In this document: one piece after another, positions 37,420-49,869 of the stretch
Layout of the letters: each line of letters starts with the position of its first letter
How positions within the stretch are numbered: the first letter of the stretch is position 1
Assembly (NCBI RefSeq): GCF_030028105.1
Contig: NC_092372.1
Coordinates: 90,772,687-90,836,686 of the forward strand
Reading direction: 5' to 3'
Length of the DNA stretch: 64,000 nucleotides
DNA from: Mobula birostris
Lineage: Eukaryota
Translations under genes and position numbers: made by a program
The notes under the pieces: generated by a model
What the model was told of the DNA's origin: nothing
Databases searched by the model: none
Seen by the model: the letters and a program-made list of their open reading frames with translations, nothing else

Positions 37420-37969
37420 CAACAGTGCCTCTTTCACCTCAGACGGTTGAGGAAGTTTGGTATGGGCCCCCAGATCCTAAGAACTTTCTACAGGGGCATA
37501 ATTGAGAGCATCCTGACTGGCTGCATCACTGCCTGGTACGGGAATTGTACCTCTCTTAATCGCAGGGCTCTGCAGAGAGTGGTGCAGACAGACCAGTGCA
37601 TCTGTAGTTGTGAACTTCCCATGATTCAGGGTATTTACAAAGACAGGTGTGTTAAAAGGGCTCGAAGGATCACTGGGGACCTGTGTCACCCCAACCACAA
37701 TCTATTCCAGTTGCTACCATCCGGGAAATGGTACCGCAGTATAAAAGCCAGGACCAACAGGCTCTAGGACAGCTTCTTCCACCAGGCCATCAGACTTTTT
37801 AACTCACACTGATCTGAGTGTAATTCTATGTTACATTGACTGTTTTATTTATTCCAAATTATTATAAATTATTATGATTGCACATTGCACATTTAGAGGG
37901 AGACGTAACATAAAGATTTTTACTCTTCATGTATGTGAAGGATGTAAGAAATAAAGTCAATTCAATTCA
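37420..37969 (+). mobile_element. Rex1/Babar LINE 3' fragment nested in Gypsy
   Basis: ORF 37402-37767 'FHLRRLRKFG...IESILTGCITAWYG'. Tail AATAAAGTCAATTCAATTCA. Confidence 0.9.
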
Positions 37970-39786
37970 GTTAGATACACAGTATACTATATAGTACAAC
38001 TATGAATATAGATATCCACAGCATAGTAAATTTTAAATTGTTCCATTCAAGCCTAAAGACTTAATCACTGTGGAGTATTTCTTAATCTTTTGGGATAATG
38101 TCTTTCCTTATTGGAGGGGGCAATGCTTGCTAGGTGAGACTTGTGGCTGTGAAACAATCTCTCAGGTTCTGGGCATCTTCCGTGATGGTTGTAGGAGTTG
38201 ACTCTGAGACTGCAAGAAGTGGTTCTGACAGATCCATTTCTGACAGGTGTCCCTGGCCACCTTTCTTCTCTAATAGTTGACTCTGCTCTTCTCAACTGAT
38301 TAATGTGTCACGCCAGATGACATCAGATGCAGTCTCCACTGTGTAGGAGACTAGTCCAGTTCTGTCCATAACCTTGCCAAATACTCACTTTTGATCACCT
38401 CTGTAGTCCCTTGCCAGGACTGCTTGTCCAGGAGTGAAACATTGAACCTCCTTGTTTGAGGAACCATCAATATGTCTCACCTACTTGTCCTGCATACTCC
38501 TTCTGACATTGGGTTTGAGGAGATCCAAGTATGAACGGAAGGGACAACCCAGGAATAGCATAGTTGGTGAGTTGTTGGTTGTGGAGTGTCTACATTGCGA
38601 TATGCAAAGAGGAAACTAGTTAGTTTTTGATTCCGTGTTCGAGTAGTGTGTTCTGCTGACATTGCATGCAATGCATCCTTTAGACTCCAGACAAAACTTT
38701 CTGCCAAGCCATTTGTGGCTGGGTGGTACAGTACAGACGTAATAAGTATGTCTTAATCCATTCATTTTCAGGAATGAATGAAACTGATCTGCAGCAAAAT
38801 AGGGTTCATTGTCATGAAGTGTACTGGAACACCAGACATTGACAGAGTCTTCTCAACACATCAACAGTATGTGAGGCTGCAGTGGAGGCTGTTGGGCACT
38901 TCTGGCCATTTTGTAGCTTCATCCACGACTATTGAGAAATTTGTGCCCTGAATGGCTAATAAAATCCACATGAATCCTCTGCCAGAGTTGAAACAGTGTG
39001 GGGTCTTTTCTGGTTTCCTTTGGATCATCTCTACCATAATAGCGAGACTTTTGATTTGTATTAGGTAGAATATGTCAAGAGGAGAGTCCTCTTTTCTAAA
39101 TGTTTCAGGTATTTCCTTTTCCAACTGGTCAATGGGACAATCTACCAGCAGTTCCATGATTACTTGTCTGATTGAATTCAATCTTGTAATTGTGTCTCCA
39201 AGAGATAGAGCCCATCTCTGTAATGGTTCTGCTGCATGTGTAATACTCTTCTATGGATTCAAAAATAGACAGCAAAAATGGTTGATAATCAATATTGAGG
39301 GTAAACTCTCTCCTGTTCAAGTACTAGTTGAAACGTTTCATACCCCAAACCATACTCGAGGCCTTTATGTCAATCTGTGAATGATTTCTGTCTGCAGTGG
39401 TAAACGAACGTAATGCAAAGGCAATGGGGCATTCACTTCCATCACTCATAACATGTGACATGACTGCACCTAGACCACAAGGAGAGGCATTGCTGGCTTG
39501 TTTCACTGGTTGATGTGAATAATAATGTGTGAATACAATGTGTGACCTTTTGAAAGCCACCGCACATTGCTTTGTCCTTTTCCATTTCTTCCTGATCTTT
39601 AGGAGTGAGTTCAAGGAGTGGAGCACAGTAGTCAGGTTTGGCAGGAACCTGTTATAATAATTGACAAATACTATAAAGAACCACAACTGTGACACATCCT
39701 TTGGCATTGGGGCATCCACCACTGCTTGAATTTTCTCAGCACACTTGTGTAATTCTTGTGCATCAGTGCTGTGATCACAGTAGGTG

Positions 39787-41028
39787 TGTCATGGTCCAGA
39801 TTGGGGTCCCTTTAAATTTACCTTGTTTATATTACGATCCGGACCGTTGATTCCCTGTTTTCCCGTGTCCCTTGACTTTGGTGATTAGAGGCAATTAACG
39901 CTCGGCTGAACCGGTAGTTTATAATCTCCGGCTTTCAGCTGTTCGGCGCGGGAGCGTCTGCAAAGTCACCAAGGTGCAGCGTGCCAATGTCATCTGGCCA
40001 GAGCAAACCTAGTCTCCGCCCGAAGCGAGTGCCGGTAATTCATCCTTCCTTACCGGAGCTACCCTGTCAAGTTACCCCGCTAAAGTGAGCCTGCAAAGTT
40101 TCCTCACCGAGATGGGTCCGTCAGTTAGTCTGCCGGAGGGAATCAAGAACCGCTGTCTACTGTTCCCGGGCCGAATCGAGAGCTCACCACCTCCCAGAAG
40201 CACCAAGTCAAGTCCTGGCTCTGGCAGCATTCAAGCACCAAGTCAAGTACTGTCCCTGGCGGCTTCCCAGTTCTGAGTCAAGTCCTGTCCCTGGCGGTCT
40301 GTGATTCCTGTCCTACCCCCTTGTCTGAATCCCTTCTCTGCCCCTCTCACCTCTAGACCTCGTCTGCAGCCCCTGCCTGCACTTCGGTCTAGTTCCATCG
40401 CCGGAGCTAGATAGGTACTGTCTGGTGTTCACTCATGTTGGTCTTGTCTTGTCTTGTCCTCACCTCCGTGGGGTAAGTCTGGCCATCTCGTCATTGCCCT
40501 GCAGGGAGTCATGTCTTGTCTTGTCCTGGCCTCTTCTCCGTGGGGTAAGTCAGGCCGTCTTGCCGTTACCCCGCAGAGGGTCATGAGTTCCGGCCCTATG
40601 TCCTGTACCCAAGGAGGGGCCCCGGCTCTCTGTTCTGTGTATGTGTCCATAGTTCCATGTACCTGCTCTCCCGAGACCGAGGCTCTGTTTTCCATGTTCC
40701 TCCTCTCCCGAGTCCATGTCATGTCCATGCCTGGTTCTGGGGTCCGAGCTCGAAGCAAGACCCAGGTACTGGGTCCTTGCTCAGTCTCGGGCTCAGAGTC
40801 CATACCCTAGCCTCTTCATGTCTCCTCTAGTTCTGGGAGCCGATTCTGAGTCCTAGCCCAGACCCTTGGTCCCAGCCTAGTCATAGTCCTGAGTCCTTTT
40901 CCTGCTCACTATTCCTGCTTCTGTCTTGCTCTCCTGGTATCGTACAATAAACTAAACCTAAGTAACCTCACAAAATGTGTTTTGCATTTGGGTCCACCCT
41001 TGCTCCCAAAGTCTCTGCCATTGTGAAA
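39787..41028 (+). mobile_element. Solo LTR, 1242 bp, nested in Gypsy RT
   Basis: TGTCA...TG(A)AA termini. 5-bp TSD AGGTG at 39782-39786 and 41029-41033. AATAAA at 40946. The host RT motif PSITYC is restored when this is removed. Confidence 0.9.
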
Positions 41029-42705
41029 AGGTGATGCTTGGTTAAAGAATTCATACCTCTTGCATCATTCTCTGAGCCCATAATCTTCTAATCTTTTTAA
41101 CACTGTCTTGATTTTTTGGAGATATGCCTTGTCATCCTCACTGGTAACAATGCCATCCAGATAACACTGAGATCTTGGCAGACTTGCATCGCTTCCTGCC
41201 CAAGTGTAGGTGCAGATGTTACTCCAAAACTTTTGGACTTTTCTTCCAGCTCCATCTATAGGTAGACCTCAACCAAGTCCACTTTGCTAAAGTGCTTACC
41301 TCCAGAAAGGTTTGCAAAGGTATCAATTATCCTAGGCAGAGAGTATTGATCTACATTCAGGAGTGGGTTAAAATGACCACAAATCCTGATGGATCAATCT
41401 TTCTTGGCTGCTGGAACCACTGACATTATACATGGGCTCCACTCAAACCTGGAATTAAAACATTTAGCCGCCATGCAATCTAGCTCAGCTGACAATGTTC
41501 TCATGCATGGTATAAGGAACTGGGTGGGTTTTGTAAAACATAGGTGTGGCATTTTCATTTAACACTATTTTATCCTTGACATGTCTGTGTTTTCCATTTC
41601 CATCCCCGAACACTGCTGTGGCATCATCCTGTACCTTTTTTAATTTGCTTTCAGCTGAATCTATTGCAGGGGTCATGGCATGCAAGTGGTGGATGGATCT
41701 CCAGTCAAGTTGTAGTCGTCTCAGTCAATCACAGTCCCACAATGCTAGTCCTGCAGTTTTCACCACATACAAGCCCAATGTGCTTTGTTGTTATATTTTG
41801 CTTTTATGAATGGCGTTCCCACAGGAGTGATCATTTCTCCAGTATAATTTCTTAGTTGAATATCTGCAGGAAAATGCCATTCAAACTCATTTTGTGGAAT
41901 GACTGAAACAGCCGAGCCAATGTCCTGTTCACTTCTGGTGTAAGCTATATCACTTGTCTATTGCTAATTTTCACATTGTTACTCACAAGGCTACAAAGTC
42001 CTGTTTCATTCTCATTATTGTCAGATTTTCCATCAACTGCATGCAGATTAGTGCTCTTTTTTAAAACACCAACTTGAGTTTTTCTTTTTCTCTTCCCTGT
42101 GCAGTCATTTATTGCTCTTTGTATGTGTCCTACTTTGTTGCAGTTTCTGCAAGTTACGCCCTTAAACATACTTTGGTCTGGTGTATGTAAGCCCTTGGCA
42201 CAACTGTAACACAATTTGTTAGACCAGACTGGTTTCTACTTAGATGTTGCAATTTTGTTCATGCTCAACTTCATCCCTGACTGCAACTCTATTGCGTCTC
42301 TGTCTTCTGTTTCCATTGATACAATTTCAACTGCTCTTTTACATGAGAGTTGTGTTTCAGTTGGGAGTCATTTTTGAATGCTTTCTTGTAAGTTTCCACA
42401 AACCAAATTATCTCTCAGTGCATCCTTAAGTCTATCACTGAACTGACAATGCTTGGACAATTTCTTCAGTCCAGCCATGTAAGATAAAATAGACTCACAT
42501 TCCTTTTGATCCTGCTTATGAAACCAAAAGCTTTCTGCAGTTAACAATAGTTTCGGTTCTAAATATGCCTGTATTACATTCACAATATCAGCAAAGCTAA
42601 TTTTGGCTGTTTTTTTGGAGCAATTAAACTTTTAAGCAAACTGCATGTTTTTCCATATGCTTCACTCGGCATAATTGGCACATTTCTTATCTGCTATTCC
42701 ATTTG

Positions 42706-43470
42706 TTCTTACGAGGATGTAATCGAGCTGTTTCCTGTAGATGGAGGCTCTGTTTTCATATGTCCACAGTTTACCAGCTTGCTTCTTGAATTGTGTGTTG
42801 GTGGCAATGAGACTGTGTTCCTGGATAAAATCAACTAGATATTGTCCACTTCTGTTGGTAAAGTCTTGGTAAGAGTATGGAACATCTTCCACTCTGACCT
42901 GGGCATTAAAATCACCGAGCACAGCCAGGAAGTTATGTGCCGGTATTGAAGTGACAGCTTTGTGAAGTTTACTGTAGAAGGCCTCCACCTCCTTCTCCTC
43001 GCTGCAGTTGTGCGGGGAGTAACAGATGATGACAGAGGTCGCCGGGTTTCCATCGAATTCCGCAGTAGGGATTCTGTCACTGACTGAGACTACGCTCCTT
43101 AGTGCCTCCTTCACCTTGCAGTTCAACATCAGCCCTACTCCACCTTGTGCTGACATCGTCGTCGACTCTCTCCATGCAGACGAGGTGATGAGGTGCATCC
43201 CCTCTACCTCTGTGAACCTTATCTCTTCGTCAGGGTGTACATGACGGTGTTCTTGGATCCCCAGGATGGAGATCTCGTAGCTGCTTGCCTGTGATGCCAA
43301 CTCTGTGCATCGAGGCAAGGGGTGGATGGTGTTTGCGTTGAAGGTTGAGATGATCGTTTTTATCTTACAGAGCAAAAGAGGCGCAGTTTGCTCAGTCCCC
43401 TTGTCGGACTCAACCCTCCCCGTGGGGTTTGAGATTGCATCTTCATACTGCCTGTCTAGGCCAGGGTCTG
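42706..43470 (-). pseudogene. Inverted AP-endonuclease segment of the RTE LINE
   Basis: ORF 42662-43492 'ISTFNANT...ILGIQEHR...GGVGLML...VLGDFNAQV...QLDYILVR'. Confidence 0.92.
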
Positions 43471-45676
43471 GGCGTAATTGTGTGATCAACACAGAAGCCT
43501 ACAGAACCTTCAGCTCGGTCAGTCCTGACCACAGACTAGGGTCAATGCAAGTGAGACTGAGCCTGTGGCAACCCAAAGCCACAGGTCCCAAGGAGAAGAT
43601 AGACTGGAAGGCATTCTCCTCACAACCTATTCTTCAAGCCCAGTACACAGTGGAGGTGAGAAATCGCTTCGGCCCACTGGAAAGGGGGGGAGGAAGAGAC
43701 TGCCACTAACCGCTATCAACGGCTCATAGATGCACACACAGATGCAACAAAGAGTTTGTTTACTGTGAAGCGAAACAAGAAGAGTCGGATCTCGAAACAT
43801 CCTGACGTTGTCGCAGCAAGAAGTGTGGTCAATGCTTGTCATGCCGAATTTAGAAGGACCGAAACAGAAGAGCTAAGAGACAAGTTTAAGACAGCAAAGA
43901 AGAATCTCTTTGCCACCTATGACCGACTGAAGGAAAAGGAACTAGCTGAGAGGATTAGAGAGATAGAAGCCGCTAATGAAGACATGCAGCATGGAGAAGC
44001 ATGGCACCTAGTCAGTGAGATCAGTAGATGGAAGAAGTCCCCATCAGGTCAAATAAGTGGTAAAACAGCAGAGGACCACGTCCTGACATGGTTTACCCAC
44101 TTGAAGAACCTGCTGGGAAGCCCTCCAACGATCACGGAAGAAGAAGAGGACATACTCACGATACTAACGCAAGTTGACATCAATGACGCCCATTCACCAT
44201 TGAAGAACTGAAGGCGGCAAAATATGCACTCAAACAGGGCAGGGGTGCTGGACCAGATGGAATACCACCAGATGTCCTGAAGAACTGCGACTTGGATGAC
44301 ATCTTGCTGGACATATGTAATACGGCGCTGATAAAAGGCGACAAACCAGAACAGTGGTCACTCTCAAGCGTTACTCCAGTCCCCAAGTCTGGATCCCTCA
44401 CAAAGACAGATAACTACATGGTATCAGCTTGACCTGCATCTTAGCAAAGTTATACAATCGGATGATCCTGAACAGGATTCGCACTGCCATTGACCCTAAG
44501 CTAAGATTCAATCAGAATGGTTTTTGGCAGAAGCATACAACGGTAATGCAAATACTTGCTCTCCGTATGATCATCGAGGAAGTCAAGAAGAACAACCTAC
44601 CAGCCGTGCTTACTTACATCGGTTTTTGCAAAGCTTTTGACTCCATTTACCGAGGTAAAATGCTGAAGATCCTGAAAGTTTACGTAGTGCCAGACCACCT
44701 ACTGAGAGCAATAGAGTCCAGCTATAGCAAAACCATAGCGAAAGTCATATCACCAGACGGAGAAACAGCAGTGTTCGAGCTCCTAGCTGGTGTGCTGCAA
44801 GGAGACACTCTGGCACCCTACATCTTTATAATTGTCCTTGATTACGCTCTGCGACAAGCTACCAAAGATCATGACAAGCTTGGTTTTACCATAAAACCAG
44901 GGCGAACCAAAAGGGTCAGACCAGTTACACTCACAGATCTCGATTTTGCAGATGACATAGTCCTGCCCTCTGACCAGGCGGAGGAAGCACAGCAGTTACT
45001 GACAAAAGTGGAAATAGAATGCAATAAAGTTGGACTTCACCTGAACGCTAAAAAGACAGAGTACATGGTGTTCAACTGTGACAAAGGTACGCTCAAAACC
45101 GTAGAGAATGATACCATTAAGAATGTCTTTGACTACAAGTACCTCGGGTCAAGAATGATGAGTTCAGAGAAGGACATAAAGATACGGAAGGTGCTGGTGT
45201 GGAGGGCTATGAACGACATGAAGGAACTCTGGAAGTCCAACCTGACCGGAGGGCTTAAAAAGAGGATTTTCAAAGCAGTCATAGAGTCCATTCTCACGTA
45301 CGGATGCGAGACGTGGACACTCAGCAAGATGATGTGAAAGTCTCTAGGTGGTTGCTATACACGAATACTCTGGATGGCTCTTGATGTGAGTTGGCAACAG
45401 CACATGACAAACGTCGAGCTCTATAACAACCTACTGATTCTCACCACTAAAATCGAGGCCAGAAGACTGCAACTAGCGGGGCACTGTCTACGCCACCCCG
45501 AGCTACCTGCCAGCTTAGTCATCATATGGGAGCCCAAGCATGGGAGGATGAACCCTGGGCGCCCTCCCAAGACTATGGTCAACACGCTCCTAGAAGACAG
45601 CGGCGTGGCTAATGTAGATGAACTGAACACACTGATGAGGGAGAGGGAGAGGTGGAGAGTCTGTCATTGTGCCTAA
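43471..45676 (+). pseudogene. RTE ORF: APE C-terminus and RT, frameshifted
   Basis: 'RNCVINTEAY...SPDHRL'; ORF 44429-45337 'NQNGF...KAFDSI...GVLQGDTLAP...DFADDI...YKYLGS...YGCETWTL'. Confidence 0.92.
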
Positions 45677-47959
45677 CTCTGGACCCCTAGGCCTGAGTCG
45701 ACGTAGTAGTAGTAGTAGTAGTATTCCATTTGCTTTAAAATACTGTTCAATTTGTTCAGTATACATCATCCAGTTATTTGTTGTGCAATCAAGCACATCC
45801 ATATTTCTGGTGGAACCAGCCATTTTCTGTTTATTTATTTATTATTAATTAATATCACCCAGTACTCACTGTTTATGAACCTGTGAATTTCATCAGTTTT
45901 CTGCCTTTTTTAAAAAAAAGTGTTGACTGTCTCTATCCTCTTCCGAAGAAACACTGTGATTTTTTAAAACACGAATGTCCCTCTCCACTTTCAAAGGAAA
46001 AAGATATATTGCACTTCAATACTTAAGTGGTTGTCTCAGGTTTGTTTTAAAACTTCCTAATAATCACTTTTATGTTTTGTAACTTCAGGAACCAATCGAA
46101 CAAAAAACACAGCAACCCAGATGAGGGTCAACTTAGTTTCTCTACTTTAGTAAGGCACGCACATTTGACGTGGTGTCATAATGATACATGCCATTCACAT
46201 GCTTCTTACATAAAACAAAGAATACTTAATAATCAATGTTACTATAATAAAATCCCAATGTTACTATAATATTTCTGAAGTATTAAATGCACTACATCTT
46301 CCTTTTCCCTTTTTTTTAGCCAGTTGGTGATAGGAATTCAGCTGGAGGCTCTCCCACGTTTGGTTAACAAACTCCACACTTGGAAACTGGACAATGATAA
46401 TGCTACCTATTACACAGCTCTCCTGAGTTTGCTTCTTTGACCATACTAACTTACTAATTTAATTAATGTTTTGTTGGAGTGTGTACAATCATAAAATTGT
46501 GATGAAGAATCTTGATCAGAGACAGGAGATGTCAATGACTTGAAGCAACTTGGCATGGGTTGGCCATCCCACGAGAAATCAGAAAAGCTTTCATGGTGTA
46601 TACATGATATTATTAACTGATTGTGTTGACTTTTACCAAGTGTGCTAGATTTTAACAATGCTTTCCTGAGACACCATTTAGCCCCAGAGATAAGACTTTA
46701 CAAGACAGATATGGAGCTCACTGCAGGTTATTGATTTCTTTTGGTCTGTTTGTGTAACAAAGGCAAAAACCAGAGATGTGCATTTCACTTCCAGGAACAG
46801 TAGAAGAAATTGAATAGAAGGTGGCAGACTACTTGGCTACTGGTGATAGAAGGAGTGATTTATATACACAAAAGCCACTACAGATCTTAGTCACAGGGCA
46901 GCAAGTAGACAGCAGAAATCAATTTAGATAGACTTTAAAATGTCAGGTTTAACTCTCCTACGTCCTAAAGCAGGCAGAGAGCATCTGTGGTTATTCAACC
47001 AAATCAGACATCATCTTCTTAGTAAAAAGAAACTATTTTAGTCATATAAAATCTCTATATATGTCTTAAACAATAATCTTTGTTATGCCTCACTGCAGAA
47101 CATTCAGTAGCAAACAGAATGTTCTACTGAAAGCAACTAAAATTCATACAAGGTAAATTTAATATCATAAAAAGTGTGATGCCAGAAATATCAAAAAGGT
47201 CACAGAAGTCTCATTTTATATTTTCTCTTGCTAATATGATTTCCTTTCAAAACCTTTCCACAGCTATGTTGATTATGACTGTGATGAATGATAGTTCGAC
47301 TTTGATCTCAATCTGACTGTGCTTATTTTAATATAGCACAGTACACAACATTTCTTACAGTCTGACTGGTATGATTGCCTAATTATCTTCTCCTGTCATT
47401 TTACCTACTTTATAGAATGTACTATTTGTATAGTCTAAAACCATATATAATATGAAATTGTTGGAAAATTACTTTATTAAAATGGTAAATGTTACTTTTA
47501 TTTAGATATTTAAATATGAAACATGCAAGGAAGAGAACACGAATAAGGTTATAGATCTATAACCCCATTCAGTGTATACATTAGTCAAATCACAGCCAAT
47601 TCCATTTTACTTTTTTCCTCATATGGAGTTTAATGATACTGTTATAATAAATAGAGAAAAACAACATAATTAATTAATGATAATGATCAGATTGAAATAT
47701 ATTTTTCCAGAGAGGTTTCAGAGCATTATAGGTACAAGGCAGAGAGATTATTAAGAAAGCAAATAAGGCAGACAAATTGCATCCACCAACTGTTTCCAAT
47801 AGCAAAGGGATGAACTACTGGTGAATCTATTTTTTATGATATTTATTTTAGCAAGAGCAAATGAAAAAGGAGCAGATTATCTGATAATACCATTGGATGT
47901 TCCATATCCACAGAACAACTGGAAATGAAACACCAGATTTTAGCTTAATATTACAACTG

Positions 47960-48110
47960 AATAATGTAACTTTTCACTTCTGAGCAAGAAGGCTGTGAGA
48001 TCAAATAATACTCCAGGGGCATGAACACACAGATTGGGTGACAGCTAAGTTCAGTAATGTCGGGTAACTACACTGTCCAAAGTATGCTCCTTCTTACAAG
48101 GTCCTGCTTG
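47960..48110 (+). mobile_element. Ancient Deu-domain SINE fragment
   Basis: TCTGAGCAAGAAGGCTGTGAGATCAA...ACTCCAGGGGCATGAACAC...TCAGTAATG...ACACTGTC resembles the shark DeuSINE head and Deu domain as recalled. Confidence 0.5.
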
Positions 48111-48134
48111 CTACTTTACCAAGTTGTTGGTGAT

Positions 48135-48660
48135 ATGGACAAGTGCATGAAAGTACAGGTGCAATGAAAAGTTTACTTGCAGCAGCATCACAGGCACAGC
48201 ATTCACAAGAAGTATAAATTAGCAAAATAAGTTGTACACAATTATACAAGAAAGAACATAATTAGAACAAAAGAAGTCTATTGTAATGCAATGTGGTCAA
48301 AGGGTTCATAGTGTTGGTATTCGAAGATAGTGATTAGGGCTGTACATTTTTGTTCAAGGGTTTGTTGATAGCTGTGAGAAGATGGTATGGCCCAGATGAT
48401 GGAGATCTTTGATAACAGATGATACTTTCTTGAGGGAGAGCCTCATATAGATACTACCGTTAGTGGAAAGGGATGTGCTTATGATGCAGTGAGCTGAGTC
48501 CACTAATTTTTGCAGTTTTTTATGTCCTACAAATTTGAATTGCCTTACTAGACCATAATGCGATTTGTCAGGACACTTTCAAAGCACATCTATAGAAATT
48601 TGTTCGAAGGCTGATGATATGCTGAAACACCTCCTGCTCCTAAGAAAGCAAAGATGCAGG
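48135..48660 (-). mobile_element. Rex1/Babar LINE remnant
   Basis: Similar to 116-715 (TTACTTGCAGCAGCATCACAG). Minus frame 'HLCFLRSRRCF'. Confidence 0.6.
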
Positions 48661-49650
48661 TGCTTAGTCACATCCTCAAAAAATTCAATCAGGCTCGTAA
48701 GGCACGACCTGCCTTTCACAAAGCCATGCTGACTGATCCTAATCATATTATGCCTCTCCAAGTGTTTACAAATCTTGCCTCCCAGGATCTTCTCCATCAA
48801 CTTAACAACCACTGAAGTAAGACTTGCTGGGCTATCTCTACTCCCTTTCTTGAATAAGGGAACAACATCCGCAACCTTCCAATCTTCCAGAAACTCTCCC
48901 GTCACCATTGATGATGCAAAGATCATTGCCAGAGGTTCAGCAATCCCCTCCCTCGCCTCCCACAATAGCCTGGGGTATATTTTGTCCGGTCCTGGTGACT
49001 CATTCAACATGATGTTTTCCAAAAGCCCCAGCACATCCTCTTCTTTAATATCTACATGCTCAAGCTTTTCAGTCTGCTGTAAGATCCTTTTCTGTAGTGA
49101 ATACTGAAGCAAAGTACTCATTAAGTACCTCTGCTATCTCCTCTGGTTCCATACACACTTTCCCACTGTCACACTTGATTGGTCTTATTCTCTCATGTCT
49201 TATCCTCTTGCTCTTCACATACTTGTAGAATTCCTTGGGGGTTTCCTTAATCCTGTCCGCCAAGGCCTTCTCATGAGCCCTTCTGGCTCTCCTAATTTCT
49301 TTCTTAAGCTCATTCCTGATAACATTAGATCTCTATCATTACCTAGTTTTTTGAACTTTTTGTAAGCTCTTTATTTCTTCTTGACTAGGTTTACAACAGC
49401 CTTTGTACACCATGGTTCCTGTACCCTACCATCCTTACCCTGTCTCATTGGAACGTACCTATGCAGAACTCCATACAAATATCCCCTGAACATTTGCCAC
49501 CTTTCTTACGTATATTTCCCTGAGAACATCTGTTTCCAATTTATGCTTCCAAGTTCTTGTCTGATAGCCCATATTTTCCCTTACTGCAATTAAACACTTT
49601 TCTAACTTGACTGTTCTAACTTGCCTCTCCAATGCTATGGTAAAGGAGAT
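48660..49650 (-). mobile_element. CR1 LINE internal fragment
   Basis: Minus ORFs 48579-49121 ('SPGPDKIYPRLL...DWKVADVVPLFKKG...QHGFVKGRSCLT') and 49069-49263. Confidence 0.92.
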
Positions 49651-49869
49651 AGAACCCACGAACACTATCTCACTTTTTAAAAAAATATATTGTTTCTGTT
49701 TTTGCACATTTTTAGTCTGTTCATTATACAAATATTCTTCCTGTAATTGATTTACTTATTTATTTATGACCTTATATTGCATTGAACTGCTGCTGCTAAG
49801 TTAACAAATTTCACGACACACGCTGGTGATAATAAACCTGATTCTGCCTCTGATTGTGCGTTCAGAAAT

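Larger units (their letters stand above)
42706..45721 (+). mobile_element. RTE-clade LINE with 5' inversion
   Basis: 11-bp TSD TATTCCATTTG at 42695-42705 and 45722-45732; (GTA)n tail. RT is on +, APE N-terminus on -. Confidence 0.93.
37124..46296 (-). mobile_element. Old Mag-like Gypsy LTR retrotransposon with three nested insertions
   Basis: Diverged LTRs at ~37124-37332 and ~46068-46296 (TATGTTTTGTAACT...TTGACGTGGTG...ACTACA). PPT-like sequence at 37333-37347. Gag 'WMMYTEQIEQYFKANGI' (45720-45823) continues at 42368-42700; knuckle CRNCNKVGHI; protease DIGSAVSV at ~41900; RT/RNase H at 39324-41600; integrase at 38477-38950. Confidence 0.88.
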
